Below are positions 20,575 through 31,356 of a stretch of DNA of 64,000 nt, piece after piece. The notes beneath the pieces are model-generated. The model worked only from the letters and a program-made list of their open reading frames with translations. It did not search any database and was not told where the DNA came from. Each line of letters opens with the position of its first letter. Positions within the stretch are counted from its first letter, which is position 1. The position numbers and the translations under genes were made by a program. Source of the DNA: a virus; IMG/VR virus record IMGVR_UViG_3300021142_000007, positions 1 to 64,000 of that record; one strand, 5' to 3'.

Positions 20575-23079
20575 ATGAATAGAGAAATTTATCCGAAGGT
20601 TAAGATTATAATGTCAGAAGCAATGAAGGAAGCTAAAAACTTCGATGACGTTAAGGTAAGACCAGAACACATAACCTTGTCCATTTTATTGGACAACGAT
20701 AATGAAGCTGTGAGTGTTTTTAATTACATAAATCTAAACAGACTAGACCTTTGCGAAAGAATTTCTGACCATCTCAGAAAAAGTGACCTAACACCTCGTG
20801 TTGGCAATACATCAAAAAGAACGCTTCCGTTTTCAGATGAAACCAAGATAATCATCAAAGGCTTGGATAAAGAATGTGATGAACTAAACGATGCTATGAT
20901 TGATACTACTCATATCATATTATCAATACTAAAAAACAATACGCCTGTGACAGAGACTCTTCTTGAGGTCTATGGGATTGATTATAATAAATTTAAAAAC
21001 GCAACAATTAAAATGAGAGAAGGTTTTAAAAATAATGCTTTTGAGGATGATGATGTCCAAGAACAAGAGCCTTTCAAAAAGAAGCCAAAACAAGGTGAAG
21101 GTAAAACAAAAACACCAGTATTGGATAACTTTTGTAGAGACGTTTCAAAAGCAGTAGAAAAAGGTGAAATCGACCCAGTGGTCGGTAGAAGTGTTGAAAT
21201 CAAAAGAGTTTCACAAATCCTTTCACGTAGAAAGAAAAATAATCCGATTCTAATCGGAGAACCTGGCGTCGGTAAAACCAGTATTGTAGAAGGTCTTGCA
21301 ACGCTTATCAAAGAAGGTGGTGCGCCAAGACCTCTTACCAACAAAAGAATCTTCACACTGGATTTGGCCAGCCTAGTCGCTGGTACCAAGTATCGTGGCC
21401 AGTTTGAAGAAAGAATGAAAGCCGTTCTGGAAGAATGCAAAGCAAACCCAGACATCATTCTTTTTATAGATGAACTTCACACCATCGTAGGTGCTGGTAA
21501 CGCCAGTGGTTCGCTAGATGCATCTAACATATTTAAACCAGCATTGGCTCGTGGCGAAATACAAATCATAGGTGCAACAACCCTTGATGAATATCGTGAA
21601 CACATTGAAAAGGACGGTGCCCTTACAAGACGTTTCCAGCAAGTATTGGTCGAAGAACCAAGTCTTGATGAAACGAAAGAAATCCTTATGAACATCAAGG
21701 AAAAATATGAAAAGCACCATAGGGTAACATATACCCAAGACGCTATTGATGAATGCGTTAAGCTATCAGCGAGATATATCATGGAACGTAGTATGCCAGA
21801 CAAAGCAATAGACGTTATGGATGAAGCTGGAGCAACAACCAATGTTAATCTTGAAAAGCCTGAGAATATCAAACAACTTGAAGCTCAAATCAGAGAAATC
21901 AATGATAGGAAAAAAGAAGTTGTTGAAAAACAAAAATATGAAGAAGCTGCTAAGCTCAGAGACGAAGAGAAAAAGATTAAAGACAAGCTTGAAGCTTCTT
22001 TGAACGAATGGAACAAAAGCCTTGAAGGAAAAACCACCGAAGTAGGTGTTGAGTTGATATCTCAAGTTGTATCCATGATGACTGGTATTCCGCTTACAAA
22101 GATTTCTACCCAAGAAAGCAAACGTCTTATGAACTTGGATAAAGAACTCATGGGCAAAATAATAGGTCAAGATGACGCTGTTGCTAAGGTTGTTAAGGCA
22201 ATCAAACGTAACCGTATAGGTATCAAAGACAAAACCAAGCCTGTCGGTTCGTTTATATTCTTGGGACCTACTGGTGTCGGAAAAACAATGCTTGCTAAGC
22301 TCCTAGCTGAAAACGTATTCGGTGATGCGGATGCTTTGGTAAGAATGGATATGTCTGAATACATGGAAAAACACAGCGTATCTAGGATGATTGGTAGCCC
22401 ACCAGGTTACGTGGGATATGAACAAGGTGGTCAACTTACAGAAAAGGTTCGTAGAAAGCCACACTGCGTTATATTGTTTGATGAAATCGAGAAGGCACAT
22501 GAAGACGTGTTTAACCTATTGCTTCAATTATTGGACGAAGGACAATTAACCGATGGCTTGGGACGTAAGGTGAACTTCAGAAACTCATTGATTATCATGA
22601 CATCTAACATCGGTGTTAAAGAAGTCAATTCATTCGGAAAGTCGCTTGGTTTTGAAACAGCCGCTTCAATCGTAAACGAAGAAAACAAAGCTCGTGATAT
22701 CATAGAAAAGGCCTTGAAGAAGAAATTCAGACCAGAATTCCTTAACCGTATCGATGAAGCCATCATCTTTAGAAGCCTAACCGAAGAGGATATCCACAAA
22801 ATCATCAGTCTTGAGGTTGGTAAGCTTGAAAAACGCTTGAACGAAATGAAGTTCAAGCTAAAGATTTCCCAAGATGCTATTGAATTCTTGGCTAGACAAG
22901 GATATGACGAAAACTACGGTGCCCGTCCTCTAGCCAGAGCTATCCAACACTATGTTGAAGATGCGGTGGCCGATGAAATCCTTAATGGTGAAATATCAGA
23001 GGGGGATACGTTAAACATAGGGTTTAACAAAGAAAAAGATGAAATCACTATCAAATACTCCAAACAAAAAGCCAAATAA
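20575..23079 (+). CDS. clpC: ClpC-like AAA+ chaperone ATPase
   Basis: Clp N-domain; two AAA modules ([16 protein letters not shown]); UVR-like YEEAAKLRD; LGF loop; PPGYVGY. Confidence 0.93.
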   Translation: MNREIYPKVKIIMSEAMKEAKNFDDVKVRPEHITLSILLDNDNEAVSVFNYINLNRLDLCERISDHLRKSDLTPRVGNTSKRTLPFSDETKIIIKGLDKECDELNDAMIDTTHIILSILKNNTPVTETLLEVYGIDYNKFKNATIKMREGFKNNAFEDDDVQEQEPFKKKPKQGEGKTKTPVLDNFCRDVSKAVEKGEIDPVVGRSVEIKRVSQILSRRKKNNPILIGEPGVGKTSIVEGLATLIKEGGAPRPLTNKRIFTLDLASLVAGTKYRGQFEERMKAVLEECKANPDIILFIDELHTIVGAGNASGSLDASNIFKPALARGEIQIIGATTLDEYREHIEKDGALTRRFQQVLVEEPSLDETKEILMNIKEKYEKHHRVTYTQDAIDECVKLSARYIMERSMPDKAIDVMDEAGATTNVNLEKPENIKQLEAQIREINDRKKEVVEKQKYEEAAKLRDEEKKIKDKLEASLNEWNKSLEGKTTEVGVELISQVVSMMTGIPLTKISTQESKRLMNLDKELMGKIIGQDDAVAKVVKAIKRNRIGIKDKTKPVGSFIFLGPTGVGKTMLAKLLAENVFGDADALVRMDMSEYMEKHSVSRMIGSPPGYVGYEQGGQLTEKVRRKPHCVILFDEIEKAHEDVFNLLLQLLDEGQLTDGLGRKVNFRNSLIIMTSNIGVKEVNSFGKSLGFETAASIVNEENKARDIIEKALKKKFRPEFLNRIDEAIIFRSLTEEDIHKIISLEVGKLEKRLNEMKFKLKISQDAIEFLARQGYDENYGARPLARAIQHYVEDAVADEILNGEISEGDTLNIGFNKEKDEITIKYSKQKAK

Positions 23080-23081
23080 TC

Positions 23082-23110
23082 AAAAGGTCCGATTTTTCGG
23101 ACCTTTTTTT
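23082..23110 (+). terminator. Intrinsic terminator
   Basis: AAAAGGTCCGA-TTTT-TCGGACCTTTTTTT-type hairpin. Confidence 0.8.
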
Positions 23111-23123
23111 ATATTTATAATAT

Positions 23124-23852
23124 ATGATAGAGGATATTCTTAAAGAAAAATATGGTGAGTATTTGGATGGGTTAGACATTTATGAAAACCCCAATAGCAT
23201 AACTCTGTCAAGAATAGTGATAAAAAAAGACCTCAGAGAAAAAGGACTAGGCAAACAAATCATGACAGATTTAGTTAGCTATGCTGACCAACATAAAAAG
23301 ACAATCGTGCTAACGCCGTCTTCTGATTTTGGTGGAAACGTAAACAGACTAGTCCAATTCTATAAGGGTTTCGGATTTGTACCTAATAAGGGTAAGAACA
23401 AGAATTTTGAATTTCGTGATACCATGATTAGGTCTCCAAAAATAAATGAAAACATGAAACCACTAATAAAACAATTACTAAGAGAAGCCATTCTTAGTAA
23501 AGATGAAAAAGACATAAGAATCGTATCCGATTTCATCAACTTCGCCAAGGATTTCTTAGGTATCGATGACGGCATAAAGGTTGACTTGGCTTTCGAGCGA
23601 ACACCAGACCTTAAAACAACCGCTTATTACAACTTATTGGGTCATGTTAAGGTATATGCCAAAGACAGAGCGATAATAGACGTATGTCGTTCTATAGCGC
23701 ACGAATTGGTTCACCATAAACAAAACCTAGAAGGTCGTATCACACAAAATAATGATGGTGATGATGGTAGCCCAATAGAAAATGAAGCAAATGCTGTGGC
23801 AGGCGTTATAATCAGAAAATACGGGAAAATAAACCCAAGTATTTATATCTAA
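23124..23852 (+). CDS. GNAT acetyltransferase fused to a HExxH metallopeptidase-like domain
   Basis: REKGLGKQIM and FYKGFGF; AHELVHHKQ...ENEANAVAG. Confidence 0.8.
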   Translation: MIEDILKEKYGEYLDGLDIYENPNSITLSRIVIKKDLREKGLGKQIMTDLVSYADQHKKTIVLTPSSDFGGNVNRLVQFYKGFGFVPNKGKNKNFEFRDTMIRSPKINENMKPLIKQLLREAILSKDEKDIRIVSDFINFAKDFLGIDDGIKVDLAFERTPDLKTTAYYNLLGHVKVYAKDRAIIDVCRSIAHELVHHKQNLEGRITQNNDGDDGSPIENEANAVAGVIIRKYGKINPSIYI

Positions 23853-23864
23853 ACTTATAAACAC

Positions 23865-24722
23865 GTGTATAATACAAAACAATTATTAAGAGAAGAAATT
23901 TATTTGTTTGATAGGAAAAAATTACTGTCAGAACATTCTTTATCGTTACTAGAAGACAAATATTATGTGGATATAGTTTTGGGTGTTGATTTAAACTTAC
24001 ATGAAAACAACAATTTTGAATATAAAAAATTAATCATAGAACAACAAATAATAATTGAAACGGTATTAGATTCGATAAACAGTTATTTAGGTAATTTAGT
24101 TCAAAAGGGTAAAGAAAAATCTTTGCAATTAATAAATGATATTAAAAATTTAAAAGAATTGGCAATATTATTTAAAAACATTTTATTGGACCCAAAATTA
24201 ATGGAGGAAGCTATTAACAACGTTAAAACCGCTATTAGTAATGAATTAAATAAGATTAAAGAGTTGATAAATAAACTTATTCAAAAAATTTCTGTAAACT
24301 TAGTGGGTTTTACAGATAAATTAAAAATTTTTTTAGATAATGTTTTAAAACATGGACAAGAATTCCTTAATAAGAAAGGATGGGTTGGTTTTATAATGGG
24401 GCTAGGGTTGGCTGTGTTATTAACATGGGTCAATACAAATTGGTTGGAAAAATTACAGAATCTAGCTTTGGAAAAAATAACAGAGCAAATTAAAAATGTT
24501 GATTCAGTTGTAAAAATTTTTAATAGCTTAAAAGATTTATCAACATATGTTGCCAGTGATTTAGGTATTGAAAATATTCTAACATGGTTTATAAACTTTG
24601 GTACGAAGACCCAATTAGTTGGAGTTGCGTTTTTAGCGGCTGAAATAATTAAAATAATTTACGAAATTCTAGTGCCAACGGTTAAAGATATAAAAAAAAG
24701 GTTTAATCTATCAAAAACATAA
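23865..24722 (+). CDS. Hypothetical protein with hydrophobic helices
   Basis: 285 aa; GWVGFIMGLGLAVLLTW; GTG start after TATTTATA. Confidence 0.65.
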   Translation: MYNTKQLLREEIYLFDRKKLLSEHSLSLLEDKYYVDIVLGVDLNLHENNNFEYKKLIIEQQIIIETVLDSINSYLGNLVQKGKEKSLQLINDIKNLKELAILFKNILLDPKLMEEAINNVKTAISNELNKIKELINKLIQKISVNLVGFTDKLKIFLDNVLKHGQEFLNKKGWVGFIMGLGLAVLLTWVNTNWLEKLQNLALEKITEQIKNVDSVVKIFNSLKDLSTYVASDLGIENILTWFINFGTKTQLVGVAFLAAEIIKIIYEILVPTVKDIKKRFNLSKT

Positions 24723-24733
24723 AATAAACAAAA

Positions 24734-26074
24734 ATGCCATATACTCATAGAAAAGTAGGGGATAAACAATGCGTGTATAAAAAAGATGGTGGTACCAAAG
24801 TAGGTTGTACCAAAGGGTCAGTAGAAAAATATCTAGCAGCTCTACATGCAAATGCCAATGAATCAATTTCAGAAATAAACACAATCAAAGGTGGCAAAGC
24901 TGATAAGATGTCTGTTGAAGATATCGCTAAGAAGTTTAATGTATCAGTTGAAAAAATCAAAGCCCAAATAAAAAAAGGTATTGAGGTTGAAAAGGAACAT
25001 ACCAATGACAAAGAAAAAGCAACTGAAATTGCTATGGACCATGTTAGTGAATTCCCAGATTACTACGATAGAATACAAAAAATGGAAAAAGGGGCTGAAA
25101 AAGAATGGGGTAAAACTAACGAAGGTGTGAAAAATTATCTTGCTGCAACAGCGTTAGGGTTAAGTTTAATGGGTACACCCAATATTACAAAGGGTTCAAA
25201 TTTAATACAAACTGGTCAAAATCAAACTCAAACACAAAAAGTTTTAAGTAGGGTAAGTTTTGATGCGTATCAACCAACATCAAACCCAGATTTAGACTTA
25301 GTTCATGGTGCTTTAGGTTCAAAAAGATTACAAGATGATTTTGAAAAAAGAGTAGAAGATGAATTATCAAAGCAAGTGAAAAATGGTAATACACCTAGTG
25401 TATCTAACATACAAGTAAAAACATATGTACAAGACGATAAAATAATAACCAAAGCATCTTGTGATATCGTTCAATCTGAAGATGGAATTGCCTATACACA
25501 CTTTACTACTAGAGGTTCAATAGGTTCTGATTATGATAAAAGACATGATGCTCAAGTAAATGGACTAGTTAGTAGATTAGAAAATTACTATGGGGGTGTT
25601 GCTAAACAAATTGGTAAACCAATTGATATTTCTTTTAAATTAAATGGTAGCGTTATAACCTATAGACAAAGTTTCTTTGCTGCGTCTGACACTAAAAACT
25701 TCACAAAAGCAAGTGTTGAAAATAAAGAAATTATAGGTTCCGACATTAACGATTTGAGAAGCAAATTAAATTCAGAAACAAAAGACATTTATATAGATAT
25801 TAATTCTGTTAAGGTTGATATGAATAATTACAAAATATCCTACAAAACTGGTAATATTAAAATACATAAAATTTCTTTATTGTTTGATGACTCTGGTAAT
25901 TTACAAAACAGATTGAAAAATGTGAAATTACAAAACCAAACTTTTAAAGAAATTAAAACAGGTAATATAGGTAACGTAGAATGGGTTGTTGGTTTAATAC
26001 CTTATGAAGAAAATGTTAATGAAACTACCAAATCACTTATTAAACGTCTTATTCGTGAGAATTTAGGTCTATAA
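24734..26074 (+). CDS. Multi-module hypothetical protein, probably head-packaged
   Basis: GIEVEKEHT...IAMDH...DYY module; modules separated by xNE sites. Confidence 0.7.
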   Translation: MPYTHRKVGDKQCVYKKDGGTKVGCTKGSVEKYLAALHANANESISEINTIKGGKADKMSVEDIAKKFNVSVEKIKAQIKKGIEVEKEHTNDKEKATEIAMDHVSEFPDYYDRIQKMEKGAEKEWGKTNEGVKNYLAATALGLSLMGTPNITKGSNLIQTGQNQTQTQKVLSRVSFDAYQPTSNPDLDLVHGALGSKRLQDDFEKRVEDELSKQVKNGNTPSVSNIQVKTYVQDDKIITKASCDIVQSEDGIAYTHFTTRGSIGSDYDKRHDAQVNGLVSRLENYYGGVAKQIGKPIDISFKLNGSVITYRQSFFAASDTKNFTKASVENKEIIGSDINDLRSKLNSETKDIYIDINSVKVDMNNYKISYKTGNIKIHKISLLFDDSGNLQNRLKNVKLQNQTFKEIKTGNIGNVEWVVGLIPYEENVNETTKSLIKRLIRENLGL

Positions 26075-26491
26075 TTTGATTTCACCAATATACTCGAAGC
26101 TACCACATAGTCTTTTATTATCAGCATAATGACCTTTAAATACGTTTTTATGTTTAACATCAGTCCTCAATTTCTTGTGTTTACTAGTTGTTTTCCATAA
26201 TGGTGATTTTTCTCTATAACTAATTAATCTAGGGTGTGCTGTTCTAGAAAAAAATCTATGACCTTGGTCCAAATGAATCTGACCTATTGCATCTGAAAAT
26301 CTTGGACCAATACCCATTCCTTGATAATCTGGTAATATGCAAATTCGATGACCTCTCCAGCCATTTTTAAAAGCACCGTTGGGTTGAGTTAGGCTTGCAC
26401 CAAACGCAACTACTTGGTCTTCCCAAATACCCAAATAACATCTAGCTGCTTTATTTATATTACCATCTAAATAGTGATGGTCTTTAAACAT
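26069..26491 (-). CDS. GNAT/Mom-like acetyltransferase, C-terminal part of a -1 frameshift fusion
   Basis: HHYL and RICILPDYQGMGIG motifs; frame open up to the T9 run. Confidence 0.8.
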   Translation of the reverse strand: MFKDHHYLDGNINKAARCYLGIWEDQVVAFGASLTQPNGAFKNGWRGHRICILPDYQGMGIGPRFSDAIGQIHLDQGHRFFSRTAHPRLISYREKSPLWKTTSKHKKLRTDVKHKNVFKGHYADNKRLCGSFEYIGEIKL

Positions 26492-27156
26492 TCCCCAACT
26501 ATCATAGTTTGTCCGATATATTTTGACAATGATTTTTGGTCGGACAAAAAAAAACCGTGAAGCAATTCACCTGTGTCGGTATTAATCACCCAATCTGGTT
26601 CCAACCAATCAACAATATCATGATGACATGTTGATATAACAACATTATGTATGTCATTGTTTTTGATATATCTTGATAAGGCGATGCTGGCGGCTTTAGC
26701 TACCGTTCGGTCAACAACACTGGTATATTCATCAATAACAGCCCCAGATTTAATCTTTCTGGCCAAATCAGCTCTAAATTTTTCACCGTTGGATAAAACA
26801 CCATATGGCTTATACCATGAAGGTATTGAATTAAAACCCACAGAACCCAATTTATTTATTCCATCATCTGGGTCTTCAAAATGTGATATGATAGCTTTAC
26901 TGTGGTCCCAAATTGGTTGTTCTTCTTGTCCGAACTTTTTTAATAGTGTTGATTTACCAGAACCGCTGGAACCGACTATTACACCTATTTTAAAGCTCTT
27001 TGGTAGCTTGGTTGGTGTTGACCATGGGAAGAAGGTAGAAGTGCCGTTAAAAGCACAATCAAATGCTTTTTCGCTGGCTTGTATGAACTCGTCACGTTCT
27101 ACGGTTGAAATCAAAGGATTGATTTCACGTTCTAGTTTTTCTATTAGTCTTTCCAT
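26467..27156 (-). CDS. ABC-type ATPase
   Basis: GSSGSGKS, LSNGEKFR, VIDEYTS and TCH motifs. Confidence 0.88.
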   Translation of the reverse strand: MERLIEKLEREINPLISTVERDEFIQASEKAFDCAFNGTSTFFPWSTPTKLPKSFKIGVIVGSSGSGKSTLLKKFGQEEQPIWDHSKAIISHFEDPDDGINKLGSVGFNSIPSWYKPYGVLSNGEKFRADLARKIKSGAVIDEYTSVVDRTVAKAASIALSRYIKNNDIHNVVISTCHHDIVDWLEPDWVINTDTGELLHGFFLSDQKSLSKYIGQTMIVGECLKTITI

Positions 27157-27254
27157 GCGTAAAATATAAGGTAGGGTTTACCCATGTAAAGGGGAAATAA
27201 AATAGCTAGGCCGTCCTAAAAGATGACCTAGCCAAGTTATTCCTAGAGAAGTAA

Positions 27255-27455
27255 TTACTTCTTGCTTTCTGTTAGTCTCTTAACTGAAGCTTCTAATTTC
27301 GCTATTTTGCTTTCCAAAACTGCTGTTTTTTCAGCGTTTTTCTTAGCTTGTTCGTTAATCCAATCTTTTTTTTGTTTAGCAACTGTTTCTGTAACGATGT
27401 TGTCAATCATATCTACTAATTGGCTTTCTTTGATGTTTACGGTCTTTTTTGACAT
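27255..27455 (-). CDS. Small coiled-coil protein with IKESQ N-terminal motif
   Basis: MSKKTVNIKESQL...IVTE; upstream ATATTTAT. Confidence 0.65.
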   Translation of the reverse strand: MSKKTVNIKESQLVDMIDNIVTETVAKQKKDWINEQAKKNAEKTAVLESKIAKLEASVKRLTESKK

Positions 27456-27575
27456 GGGATAAGGTTTTATTAAAGCTTATTTTGTTATTAATAAATATAT
27501 AGATTTAGCAAAAAGACTCACCAACGGATAAAAAAATTATCCATCAATAAGTCTTTTAACTAAAAAGGATTTTAA

Positions 27576-28082
27576 TTAAAGAATATTATCGGCGCAATAT
27601 GAGCTTGCGAAAGCGTCTGGCTTAATCTTGAATTCATAACCCATACCTAGTATATAACCAACAGCTTGTTGCATAGCTTTGTTAGATTCAAACATTGGGT
27701 TTGGGTTTATATCCGCGTGAACTTCAAGAGGTATTTCATATAAATCCAAAAGCGAAGCAATTTCATATGCAACTTCTACAGACTTACCTACTTCATAAAT
27801 CATTCTCTCGTTTACAGCCTCTTTGTTTCTTGCTTTGAACTTATGAACGTGAGTTGATGCCATAACCAATCCACCACGACCCACTTCTACACCATCACCT
27901 AGGTCTTCGGTTCTAGCCAATATGATTACCGTAGCAAACTTATAGGCAGTACCATACTTTTGAGAGTCGGTACCCACAAATACTCTAAGCTTATAGCCTT
28001 TCTCGGTTTCCTCGTTTATGAGGTCTTCCAAGTATTCCAGTATTGGCTTTTTAATCACTTCGTTGTTTCTTTTCCATTCCAT
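27576..28082 (-). CDS. RNase H-like YkuK (DUF458)-type protein
   Basis: FVGTDSQ, EVHADIN and IKPDAFASSYCAD motifs. Confidence 0.8.
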   Translation of the reverse strand: MEWKRNNEVIKKPILEYLEDLINEETEKGYKLRVFVGTDSQKYGTAYKFATVIILARTEDLGDGVEVGRGGLVMASTHVHKFKARNKEAVNERMIYEVGKSVEVAYEIASLLDLYEIPLEVHADINPNPMFESNKAMQQAVGYILGMGYEFKIKPDAFASSYCADNIL

Positions 28083-28142
28083 AATTGTTTCGTTTAAAAC
28101 TTGTTATATAAAAAAGGCCCTAGTTTAGCTAGGGCCTTGATT

Positions 28143-29564
28143 TTAATTTATTGACGTTTGTGGTAACAAACGTTTTATCTTATCAAAATTATTAGCTCCT
28201 ATGTCTTCCTTATTTACACCAATTCTCACTAGCGACCCACCATTGCTTTTATCTAAATACGTCAACTCATCGGGTATTTCAGTAATCTGATTCCCGTTGA
28301 TATTCAAAAATTTTAAATTCGTTAACATACCTATTTCTTTTGGTAGCGTTTTTAATTTGTTATCTGTTAATGCCAAAATTTCAAGACTTTTCAAGGCTCC
28401 TATTGATGGATGAATTTCGACTAGTTTTGCGCTCGTTATTATAAGCGTTTCTAGCTCTTTAAACCTTGATATGTCTGGAAGCTTTGGTATCTCCTTTTTC
28501 ATTATCCTAATAATCGGCGTTTCTTCAGGAAACAACTCAAAATAGCTTTCGGTAAAACCGAACTGTATCAGATAGTCAAGATATATATTTGTTTCTATAC
28601 CTTGTTTGTTAGTCTTAGCCATTTCCATCAATTCCTCGTAAAAGAAATTGCTTAAGCCTTCGCTCTGAGATAAAACGCTTTCAAAAATGCTAACGTTTTG
28701 TCCGTTCTTTCTATCTTTTAGTTGCCTTGTCTCAAAGTGTATTTGAAACAATTCATCCGATTCACCAGAGAAAAACCTATTATCTATAATGATATAAATA
28801 TCTGAGTTTTTCCCATTGGGTTTTCTATTATTTTCGGTATATGATTTAAACATACCGTTACCCTCTCTTGCCGTACACCAGTTCGCAAACTTGTCGAAGA
28901 CAACGCTGGCAGCTGTGGTCTTGGGAATATAAAGCGTAAACTTCCTATCCCTTACTGGTATCAAGGCTTGACCGCCATCAACATACTTCTTTAGCGTTCT
29001 TTCGATAGCACTTGGTTCACGTTCAATGAACGGGTCAACCGCATCAAATAATTGCGCCAGTGATTGATACTGGTTTATATTCGTAGGGTCGGTCACATGC
29101 TTCAAGCTATAACTTGCAGTTGACAAATCCTTGAACTTCTTTTTTCTCTTGTTATCTTCAAATAACAAGAGATAATTGCTGGCTTGCGGTAAGTCTTCGT
29201 CCACAAATCTTATCGCCGCTTCTACGCTTGTAACATCCCCAGCCTTAAGCAACCTAACAAATACATTAAGCATCCATTGAAGATACATCTTGTTTTCGGT
29301 TGGGTCAGCACTAATCATATCTGAAAAAACACTATCAGATACGCTGGTCTTAATCAAAAAACGATTCTTTTCGTTCTTCTTGCTTGAAATTAATGCGATA
29401 ACAGAATCCTTAGCGTTTTTTATCGGTCTCGTTTCGTAGCCCTCTTTTTTCAATTCGGAAAGCTTAACCTCAATAGGACTCGAACCATTATCACTTGATG
29501 TTTCAAATACATCAAATGTCTTGGCCAAAAACGTAAGTCTATCTGTTATGTTATTATTTTTCAT
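28143..29564 (-). CDS. Leucine-rich repeat protein with N-terminal WCT-motif (PcfJ-like) domain
   Basis: ANWCTA and FQIHFE; LxLxxNxL repeats at the C-terminus. Confidence 0.75.
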   Translation of the reverse strand: MKNNNITDRLTFLAKTFDVFETSSDNGSSPIEVKLSELKKEGYETRPIKNAKDSVIALISSKKNEKNRFLIKTSVSDSVFSDMISADPTENKMYLQWMLNVFVRLLKAGDVTSVEAAIRFVDEDLPQASNYLLLFEDNKRKKKFKDLSTASYSLKHVTDPTNINQYQSLAQLFDAVDPFIEREPSAIERTLKKYVDGGQALIPVRDRKFTLYIPKTTAASVVFDKFANWCTAREGNGMFKSYTENNRKPNGKNSDIYIIIDNRFFSGESDELFQIHFETRQLKDRKNGQNVSIFESVLSQSEGLSNFFYEELMEMAKTNKQGIETNIYLDYLIQFGFTESYFELFPEETPIIRIMKKEIPKLPDISRFKELETLIITSAKLVEIHPSIGALKSLEILALTDNKLKTLPKEIGMLTNLKFLNINGNQITEIPDELTYLDKSNGGSLVRIGVNKEDIGANNFDKIKRLLPQTSIN

Positions 29565-29611
29565 ATTAAACAATACACAAAGGTACGTAATATTTTTCAA
29601 ATAGACAAGGT

Positions 29612-29956
29612 TTACAACAAAAATCTTTTAAAGAAGTCTTCTTCCAAGTATTCTTCGATTCTAGCCTTAAGTCCCCAAGCCAAAGAATTCAAGTTATCTG
29701 ATTCTTTTTCAATTATGCTCAAGATAACCTCGTTAGGGTCTTCGCCGTCTGTTAGTCTGTATTTTATTTCCTTTAAATAATGGTCCTTGCCACTATTTAT
29801 CAAGTCTTCTAGTATTAAGCTATATATTTCCCATCTTTCAGTATGTTCCTCGTCAAGCGTGTTAATCAAGTTTTTTACATGTTGGCTATAAGCCTTGTCA
29901 AGAGTCGTTCTCTTACTATGACTAGGGTTTAATAAGAGTATATTAGGTCCCATCAT
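29612..29956 (-). CDS. Hypothetical protein, paralog of 31034-31354
   Basis: EIKYRLTDGEDPN motif. Confidence 0.7.
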   Translation of the reverse strand: MMGPNILLLNPSHSKRTTLDKAYSQHVKNLINTLDEEHTERWEIYSLILEDLINSGKDHYLKEIKYRLTDGEDPNEVILSIIEKESDNLNSLAWGLKARIEEYLEEDFFKRFLL

Positions 29957-29996
29957 TGTAATATTTAATAGTAGTCGTTATTTACTATAAATATCT

Positions 29997-31034
29997 TTAA
30001 ACCAGCAATTCACCTAACTTTTTCAATACCGTTTCAACATCAGTAACCTCAACAGCTTCATAGTCAACACCATTTAATTTATTGGCACAAAACCTAGTGA
30101 TATTCGTATGAAATTCATGCCAAGTTGGTGTTACATCGCTTATCATCACCACAGGTGTTCCAACGGCCCAAGCAAGCCAACTTAACCCAGAACTCACCCC
30201 TAAATGCATCTTGGCATTCATTATTTCAAACGCTCTATTGGTAAGCGGTATATTCCCTGTATGGTCAATAACATCGGTCAAATTGGTTGGTTCTTTTGAT
30301 ATCACAATAACTTCATAACCCTTGCTTTTTATGAAGTCAACTACCTTTTTCCATCCATCAATACATTTCCATTCTTTGGTATTGGCACTACCAAATTCTG
30401 CTATGGTAACATATTTTTTATCGACCCTAACGTCTTCAGGAAACATTTTGGTTAAGTCTGGTCTTATTTCCGTGTGTTCTAAGCCTAGTATGCTTGATGC
30501 AACGTGTTGTAACGCCGTTTCGTTTGACTTAACTGGCGAGTAATGAGGGTTTTCATCATTGCTGGCCCCTATATAGTATTGCGCATATATGTTTTCTATT
30601 ATTGTATTTGGTTTAACGAACATGATGTCTGGATAATTCTCAACAAATAAATCATTGAAAAAGGTTGAACATATTACGTTACACTCATGCTTGTCTTTGA
30701 ACGCTTGAACATACGGAATCCATGCTATATTATCACCCAGCGCATAAGCGTCCATCTTTATGAACACGTTCTTTCCTTTAAGCGAAAATAAGTCTTTAAA
30801 TACTAGGCTGCCGTTTTCATCAAAAATAAATACGCCCCATGAAGTATACCATTGATTGGCATTTGCCATTATTACTTGATTGTTCCTACACGTCCCAGAA
30901 CTAATAAGGTGTTGGGTTTGTGTGTCTATAAAGGCTACGGTGTATTCTTTATCTTCGTTACCTTTAATCGTAACTCTAGGCGCATTACCTTCTTTTGGCA
31001 GCGTTGTGACATAACTTACTTTAAAACTATTCAT
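29997..31034 (-). CDS. Aah/TibC-like heptosyltransferase (GT-B fold)
   Basis: ALGDNIAWIPY and HLGVSSGLSWLAWAVGTPVVMIS motifs. Confidence 0.8.
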   Translation of the reverse strand: MNSFKVSYVTTLPKEGNAPRVTIKGNEDKEYTVAFIDTQTQHLISSGTCRNNQVIMANANQWYTSWGVFIFDENGSLVFKDLFSLKGKNVFIKMDAYALGDNIAWIPYVQAFKDKHECNVICSTFFNDLFVENYPDIMFVKPNTIIENIYAQYYIGASNDENPHYSPVKSNETALQHVASSILGLEHTEIRPDLTKMFPEDVRVDKKYVTIAEFGSANTKEWKCIDGWKKVVDFIKSKGYEVIVISKEPTNLTDVIDHTGNIPLTNRAFEIMNAKMHLGVSSGLSWLAWAVGTPVVMISDVTPTWHEFHTNITRFCANKLNGVDYEAVEVTDVETVLKKLGELLV

Positions 31035-31354
31035 CAGAAATTCTTTATCTTATAATATAGTCTTTCAAGTTCTGGAGTAAATGTTTTTATATCTTCTATG
31101 GCCTCGATTACCATATCATTTGGGTTTTCATCTTCGGTGAGCTTATATAGTAATTCTTTCACCTTAAGCATGTCTTTCAGAGAGTATTTGATTTCAAGAA
31201 TTATTTGGTTATACGTAGCCCATTGGCTTCTTTTTACCAAGGGACCATCAACAAGTTTTTCGGTTATAACATCTTCGTATTGATGCTCCAGAATGCTATC
31301 GAAATTGCCATAGCGTTTTCTTAATTCTTCTCGTATTTTAACCTTCAGGTTCAT
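31034..31354 (-). CDS. Hypothetical protein, paralog of 29612-29956
   Basis: ELLYKLTEDENPN motif. Confidence 0.7.
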   Translation of the reverse strand: MNLKVKIREELRKRYGNFDSILEHQYEDVITEKLVDGPLVKRSQWATYNQIILEIKYSLKDMLKVKELLYKLTEDENPNDMVIEAIEDIKTFTPELERLYYKIKNF

Positions 31355-31356
31355 GG

